Below are positions 25,955 through 32,000 of a stretch of DNA of 32,000 bases, piece after piece. The notes beneath the pieces were generated by a model, which worked only from the letters and a program-made list of their open reading frames with translations, did not search any database and had not been told where the DNA came from. The position numbers and the translations under genes were made by a program. How positions within the stretch are numbered: the stretch's first letter is position 1; each line of letters opens with the position of its first letter. This stretch comes from Candidatus Altimarinota bacterium (GTDB lineage Bacteria > Patescibacteriota > Gracilibacteria > UBA1369): positions 120,001 through 152,000 of the forward strand of contig JBAZYK010000002.1 of the NCBI GenBank assembly GCA_041659405.1. The letters run 5' to 3'.

Positions 25955-26806
25955 ATGTCAAGACCAGCAACACGCAAAATGGAAAAACCAACAATTTTCA
26001 TTTTTTATGGAGTAGAAGGCACCCCGCAAGAAAACTGGTTTCCATGGCTTAAAAAAGAGCTAAAAGGAAGCCGCTATCAGGTCATTATTCCGCCACTTCC
26101 CACTCCACAAAAACAGACCTTAAAAGATTGGCTTAAAGCGTTTGAACCATACAAAAAGCATCTAAACTCGGAAAGCATTTTTATTGGTCATAGTTTAGGC
26201 GTTTTGTTTACCTTGAACCTGATCGAGAAATTCAAAATCAAAGCCGCTTATTTGGTAGCTGGATTTGGAAAACTACCTGGAAACAAATTTGATGAAGGAA
26301 TGAAAACTTTCGCCAAAAAATTTGATTGGAAAAAAATTCGCCAAAATTGTAAAAAGTTCTATGTTTTCGCCGGAGATAACGATCCTTATGTAAAATTGAC
26401 GATTTCCAAGGATTTATCAAAAAAGACTCAAACTGATCTGATTCTTGTGCCAAACGGTGGCCACCTTAACCAGAGCGCCGGTTTTAAAAAATTCCCACTT
26501 CTTTTAGAAAAGATACAGAATGTGATAACCCCTTCCTTAAAAGCCAAAAGCCACTCCCCTTTCCAAATTGAAGAAGTCACTTTTGAAAAAGGCGAAATCA
26601 TCGAAATCACACCAGACATGATCATTGGCGATGTAGTCTTAGCCTTTCCCGAAACTTTACCTGTTCTGCAAAATATTGGAATTCATTGTATAGGTTGCTA
26701 CGCAGCCACCTTTGAAAGCATTCAAGAAGGTGTAACAAAACACGGCCTGGACCCAAAAAAAGTCTGTAAAGAACTCAATAAAGCCATCAGAAATGAACTT
26801 CGCTGA
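25955..26806 (+). CDS. YdeN/RBBP9-type alpha/beta serine hydrolase fused to a DUF1858-like CxxC redox-disulfide domain
   Basis: N-terminal part: IFIFYG, nucleophile elbow GHSLG, GDNDPYV (Asp), NGGHLN (His). C-terminal ~65 aa: ITPDMIIGDVVLAFPETLPVLQNIGIHCIGCYAATFESIQEGVTKHGLD. The start could be TTG 25949, ATG 25955 or ATG 25979. Confidence 0.75.
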   Translation: MSRPATRKMEKPTIFIFYGVEGTPQENWFPWLKKELKGSRYQVIIPPLPTPQKQTLKDWLKAFEPYKKHLNSESIFIGHSLGVLFTLNLIEKFKIKAAYLVAGFGKLPGNKFDEGMKTFAKKFDWKKIRQNCKKFYVFAGDNDPYVKLTISKDLSKKTQTDLILVPNGGHLNQSAGFKKFPLLLEKIQNVITPSLKAKSHSPFQIEEVTFEKGEIIEITPDMIIGDVVLAFPETLPVLQNIGIHCIGCYAATFESIQEGVTKHGLDPKKVCKELNKAIRNELR

Positions 26807-28895
26807 AATCCTCTTTCCGCAAAAAATAGGTAACGACAGAGCCACGCTCACGTACCAAATTCCCGATTCCATCAATGCGCGAATCGGCCAGGTTGTGGAA
26901 ATTCAACTTCGCAACAAAAAAATGAAAGGCGTTATTTTAAACATGCACAGCCAAACTCCCGAATATAAAACCAAAGAAATTTTGGGAATTGTCGAGAACG
27001 CACCTCATCTGGAACCTTCTCAAATTGAACTTTTACAATGGATAGCCCATTATTATTTTTGCCCTACTTATAAAGCATTAAAGCTGTTTTTGCCGATTCC
27101 GTTCATCAAAAAAAAGAAAATTATTGCGCCCGACTTTACCCAACAGGATGAATTACAAACCCTAAAAAGCCACGCCCTTAATGCTGATCAGCTGCAAGTC
27201 CTGCAAACAATCGAGCAAAGTCAAAAAAAAGTTGCTTTGCTCCATGGAATTACCGGCTCCGGCAAAACCGAAATATATCTTCACATAGCTGATAAACAGG
27301 TCCACGAAGGCAAGCAGGTTTTAATGCTGATTCCCGAAATTTCTTTAACCGCTCAAACCGTTCAGCGTTTTAAACAGCATTTTCACCACAAAGTTGCGGT
27401 TATCCATAGCCAATTAACAGCCAAGGAAAAGGAAAAAGCCTGGCAAAGTATTCACAAAGAAGAAGCCAAAATCGTCATTGGATCACGCTCCGCGCTGTTC
27501 GCTCCCTTCAAAAATCTTGGTTTTATTATTTTGGACGAAGAGCACGATAGCAGCTACAAACAGGATCAATCGCCACATTACAACACTTTGGACGTAGCAA
27601 TTAAAATGGCCGAAATTTTGAATATAAAAGTTCTAGCCGGTTCCGCTACGCCTTCACTGGAAACTTATTATCAGGCCAAACAGGGCAATTACGAGCTTGT
27701 GGAACTCAACGAACGCGCGACCAAAGAATTCGGCAGCACTTTACCAAAAACCACCATAGTTGATCTTCGTGAAGAAATTAAAAAGAAAAATTTTTCGATT
27801 TTCAGCGAAGCACTTCAAGCAAAATTAACCGACAAACTTCAAACACACGAACAGGCGATTCTTTTTTTGAACCGTCGTGGAGCCGCTTCCGCCGTACTCT
27901 GCCGCACTTGCGGATATATTGTGAAATGCGACAAATGTGACACCTCCATGACCTATCATCAAAGAATCTCGATTGAAGGCGGAATTTATCAGGTAGATCG
28001 ACTGATTTGCCATCACTGCGGCAAAATCGGTCAAGTTCCCAAAATCTGTCCAAAATGTGAAAGTGCTTACATCCGCTACCTGGGTTTGGGTACCCAAAGG
28101 GTGGAAGATGAAATGAACAAGCTTTTTCCGGTTGCCAAAGTAATCCGTGCCGATAGCGACACCACAACGCAAAGAGATAGCTTTAAAAACATTTACACAG
28201 CTTTCAAAAACCACGAAGCGGATATTTTAGTTGGAACGCAAATGATTTCCCTTGGCTTACATTTACCAAAAGTTAACCTGGTTGGAATAATTCTGGCTGA
28301 TTTAAGCCTTACCATCCCAAATTTCCGTAGCGCCGAAAAAACTTTTCAACTTTTAACCCAGGTTTCCGGGCGAGCCGGTCGCGAATCCAACAATGGCGAA
28401 GTGGTTATTCAGACTTATTTGCCTAATAACTATGTAATTAAGAAAGCCGCCGCACACGATTATCTTGGATTTTATGACCTGGAAATTGCTCTTCGTAATG
28501 AGCTTAAATATCCGCCATTCACTAAACTTATCAAATTAACGATTGCCGAAACAGATATCAAAAAAGCCAAAAACAAAGCTGAAGAAATTTACCAAAAACT
28601 CCTCGCCCTTAACTCACACGACCCCAGTTCAGACACCCCGGCAAGTGTTGAAAAAAGCAGCGACATCTCGATTTATCCAGCACTGATACCAAGATTCCGC
28701 AATAAGTATCGTTGGCACATTTTAATCAACGGAGAAAATCCCCGAGAACTTCTAAAAAAATATTTACAGCAAAAAACAACGGCCCAGAGCACCCCAACCT
28801 TTGCACCCAAAACCATAAAATCCTCACCCTTCGCCAAAAAATTCACCGCAGAAAACCCACTAAAAATAGATGTAGATCCACTTTCTACCGTTTAA
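26793..28895 (+). CDS. priA: Primosomal replication-restart helicase PriA
   Basis: 700 aa. Walker A LHGITGSGKTEIY and DEEH box IILDEEHDSSYKQ. Cys-rich zinc region CRTCGYIVKCDKCDTSMTYH...CHHCG...CPKCES. The motif GTQMISLGLH is also present. Overlaps the upstream gene by 14 nt. Confidence 0.93.
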   Translation: MNFAEILFPQKIGNDRATLTYQIPDSINARIGQVVEIQLRNKKMKGVILNMHSQTPEYKTKEILGIVENAPHLEPSQIELLQWIAHYYFCPTYKALKLFLPIPFIKKKKIIAPDFTQQDELQTLKSHALNADQLQVLQTIEQSQKKVALLHGITGSGKTEIYLHIADKQVHEGKQVLMLIPEISLTAQTVQRFKQHFHHKVAVIHSQLTAKEKEKAWQSIHKEEAKIVIGSRSALFAPFKNLGFIILDEEHDSSYKQDQSPHYNTLDVAIKMAEILNIKVLAGSATPSLETYYQAKQGNYELVELNERATKEFGSTLPKTTIVDLREEIKKKNFSIFSEALQAKLTDKLQTHEQAILFLNRRGAASAVLCRTCGYIVKCDKCDTSMTYHQRISIEGGIYQVDRLICHHCGKIGQVPKICPKCESAYIRYLGLGTQRVEDEMNKLFPVAKVIRADSDTTTQRDSFKNIYTAFKNHEADILVGTQMISLGLHLPKVNLVGIILADLSLTIPNFRSAEKTFQLLTQVSGRAGRESNNGEVVIQTYLPNNYVIKKAAAHDYLGFYDLEIALRNELKYPPFTKLIKLTIAETDIKKAKNKAEEIYQKLLALNSHDPSSDTPASVEKSSDISIYPALIPRFRNKYRWHILINGENPRELLKKYLQQKTTAQSTPTFAPKTIKSSPFAKKFTAENPLKIDVDPLSTV

Positions 28896-28915
28896 CTTAA
28901 AGAAATAAAAAAATC

Positions 28916-28924
28916 TGCTATACT
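28916..28924 (+). promoter_or_regulatory. Candidate extended -10 promoter element (TGcTATACT) upstream of trpS
   Basis: tgctatact lies 60 nt upstream of the trpS ATG in the 88-nt gap after priA. Confidence 0.35.
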
Positions 28925-28983
28925 GGGCAAGAAATTGAAGTTTCCATACTTATTTGATTCAAAATTTCAATAAAAGCAAAACT

Positions 28984-29967
28984 ATGAAGAAACGCATTCT
29001 TTCCGGGGTTCAAGCAAGCGGAACTCCTCATCTTGGCAATTATTTGGGAGCCATGAAAAACCACATTGCCATGCAGAATTCGCATGAATGTTTTATTTTT
29101 ATTGCTGATTTGCACGCGCTCACAACGGTTAGAGATCCCAAAAAACTTCATGAATCAACCATTAATTTGGCCCTGGATTACCTTGCACTTGGACTTGACC
29201 CCGAAAAAACAACTTTTTTCCGCCAAAGTGATGTTCATGAACACACCGAACTTGCCTGGATTTTTAATTGTATTACTCACATGGGTTTGATGGAACGCGC
29301 GCACGCTTATAAAGATGCCGTAGCCAAGGGCTTAAAAGATGCAACGGTCGGACTTTTCACCTACCCGATTTTAATGGCTGCCGATATTTTGATGTATAAA
29401 CCTGATCTTGTTCCGGTCGGAAAAGATCAAAAGCAGCACATTGAAATTGCCCAAGATATCGCCGAGAAATTTGACCACCATTTTGGCGCTACTTTTAAGC
29501 GCCCGGAACCATATATTCCCGAAGATGTAGCCACAATTATCGGTACCGACGGCGAACACAAAATGAGCAAAAGCTACGGAAACGTAATTGAATTTTTTGC
29601 AGACGAAGCAACACTCAAAAAGCAGGTTATGGGCATAAAGACCGATTCAACAGCGTTGGAAGAGCCAAAAGATCCAAACAAAGATACGGTTTTTAAACTA
29701 TATTCTCACTTTGCTACAAAAACAGAAATCGAGGCTCTTGAACAGAAGTATCGTAAAGGCGGTTTTGGTTATGGTGATGCCAAAAAACTTCTCAATGAAA
29801 AAATACTCGAATATTTCGCTCCATATCGCAAAAAAAGAATTGAACTTGCCACTGATTTAGGATATGTTTATAGCGTTTTGAACAAAGGGGCGAAAAAAGC
29901 AAAAAAAGTCGCTGCCGCAACAATGTCCGAAGTGCGAAAAAAAATCGGACTCGAACTTGAAAATTAA
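28984..29967 (+). CDS. trpS: Tryptophan--tRNA ligase
   Basis: MKKRILSGVQASGTPHLGNYLGA (HIGH-type motif), GKDQKQHIE, and the KMSKS motif. I prefer the ATG at 28984 to the upstream in-frame start at 28954. Confidence 0.95.
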   Translation: MKKRILSGVQASGTPHLGNYLGAMKNHIAMQNSHECFIFIADLHALTTVRDPKKLHESTINLALDYLALGLDPEKTTFFRQSDVHEHTELAWIFNCITHMGLMERAHAYKDAVAKGLKDATVGLFTYPILMAADILMYKPDLVPVGKDQKQHIEIAQDIAEKFDHHFGATFKRPEPYIPEDVATIIGTDGEHKMSKSYGNVIEFFADEATLKKQVMGIKTDSTALEEPKDPNKDTVFKLYSHFATKTEIEALEQKYRKGGFGYGDAKKLLNEKILEYFAPYRKKRIELATDLGYVYSVLNKGAKKAKKVAAATMSEVRKKIGLELEN

Positions 29968-31608
<1,641 letters not shown>

Positions 31609-31623
31609 CAAAACACCATTTCA

Positions 31624-32000
31624 ATGCAAAAGTACCGTTATACCGTTATAAATCCAGAGAATAAAGAACTTACGGGAACCATTGGTGCTCCCGACGAAAA
31701 AAGTGCCCGCGCGGAATTAAATCAATTGGGGTTTTCAATCATTTCCATAATTGCCATAGCCGAAAACGAAGAAGCCACAGCCACTTCCGATTTACCGAAA
31801 TTCGAATTTTCCGCAACCGACAAAAACCTAAAAAAGGTCAACGGCACAATTCAGGCCGAAGACCGTTACGCGGCATACAAGCGATTGGTTAAAGAATATC
31901 TTTTGGAGGTTGAATATGTGATTGACCTTAATTTAACCGAAGAAGAAAAAGTAAAAGAACGTCAAAAAGGCGCATTTGAGCTTCAAAACAAACTGGACGG
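31624..32000 (+). CDS. Probable type II secretion / type IV pilus platform protein (GspF/PilC family), N-terminal fragment running off the window
   Basis: Absent from the ORF track because there is no in-window stop. I translated it by hand as MQKYRYTVINPENKELTGTIGAPDEKSARAELNQLGFSIISI..., the typical PilC/GspF N-terminal pattern (Y.Y.a.d..G....G.i.A.....A...L...G). A second similar unit follows: FEFSATDKNLKKVNGTIQAEDRYAAYKRL. Confidence 0.5.
   Translation, partial: MQKYRYTVINPENKELTGTIGAPDEKSARAELNQLGFSIISIIAIAENEEATATSDLPKFEFSATDKNLKKVNGTIQAEDRYAAYKRLVKEYLLEVEYVIDLNLTEEEKVKERQKGAFELQNKLD

Noticed and set aside
25384-26806. Idea that the tRNA-Arg marks a small integrated genomic island
   Set aside because: I found no integrase or recombinase gene and no downstream direct repeat of the tRNA 3' end. 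The next genes run straight into priA with a 14-nt overlap.
27802-28214. Two overlapping minus-strand ORFs (121 and 129 aa) inside priA
   Set aside because: They are antisense to the PriA zinc-finger/helicase region, whose motifs are unambiguous. No independent support exists for them.

Overview
This is a visibly AT-rich, very gene-dense bacterial window with short or overlapping intergenic junctions. I support 29 coding ORFs, two of them halves of one frameshifted gene, plus one tRNA. All but two genes are on the + strand. Most of the content is core housekeeping. Replication and repair: gyrA, ruvA, ruvC, priA. Translation: rpmE, tgt, trpS, tRNA-Arg(UCG). Glycolysis: pgi, pyk, gpmI. Sugar-nucleotide and cell-wall precursors: glmS and a manC plus separate cupin PMI pair. 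Also pyrG and secDF. Scattered among these are a prepilin peptidase, a probable PilC-like platform protein cut by the right edge, and a lone VirB4/TraC-family ATPase. The compact layout and gene mix resemble a reduced-genome, Patescibacteria/CPR-like bacterium using the standard code, since TGA clearly terminates genes; this is inference only. I found no CRISPR array, transposase, integrase, rRNA or obvious prophage. The most unusual features are domain architectures rather than a new operon. (1) A 1080-aa SecDF has about 230 aa inserted in its extracytoplasmic P1 domain that read as one canonical and one degenerate parvulin-type PPIase module. (2) PurQ carries two C-terminal PurS-like domains, with no purL nearby. 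(3) A short asparaginase-family gene is split by a -1 frameshift exactly on an A AAA AAA run. (4) A YdeN-type serine hydrolase is fused to a DUF1858-like CxxC redox domain. (5) A GC-rich triple-hairpin element lies just 3' of the tRNA. All calls come from reading motifs in the supplied translations and the DNA; no database search was possible.
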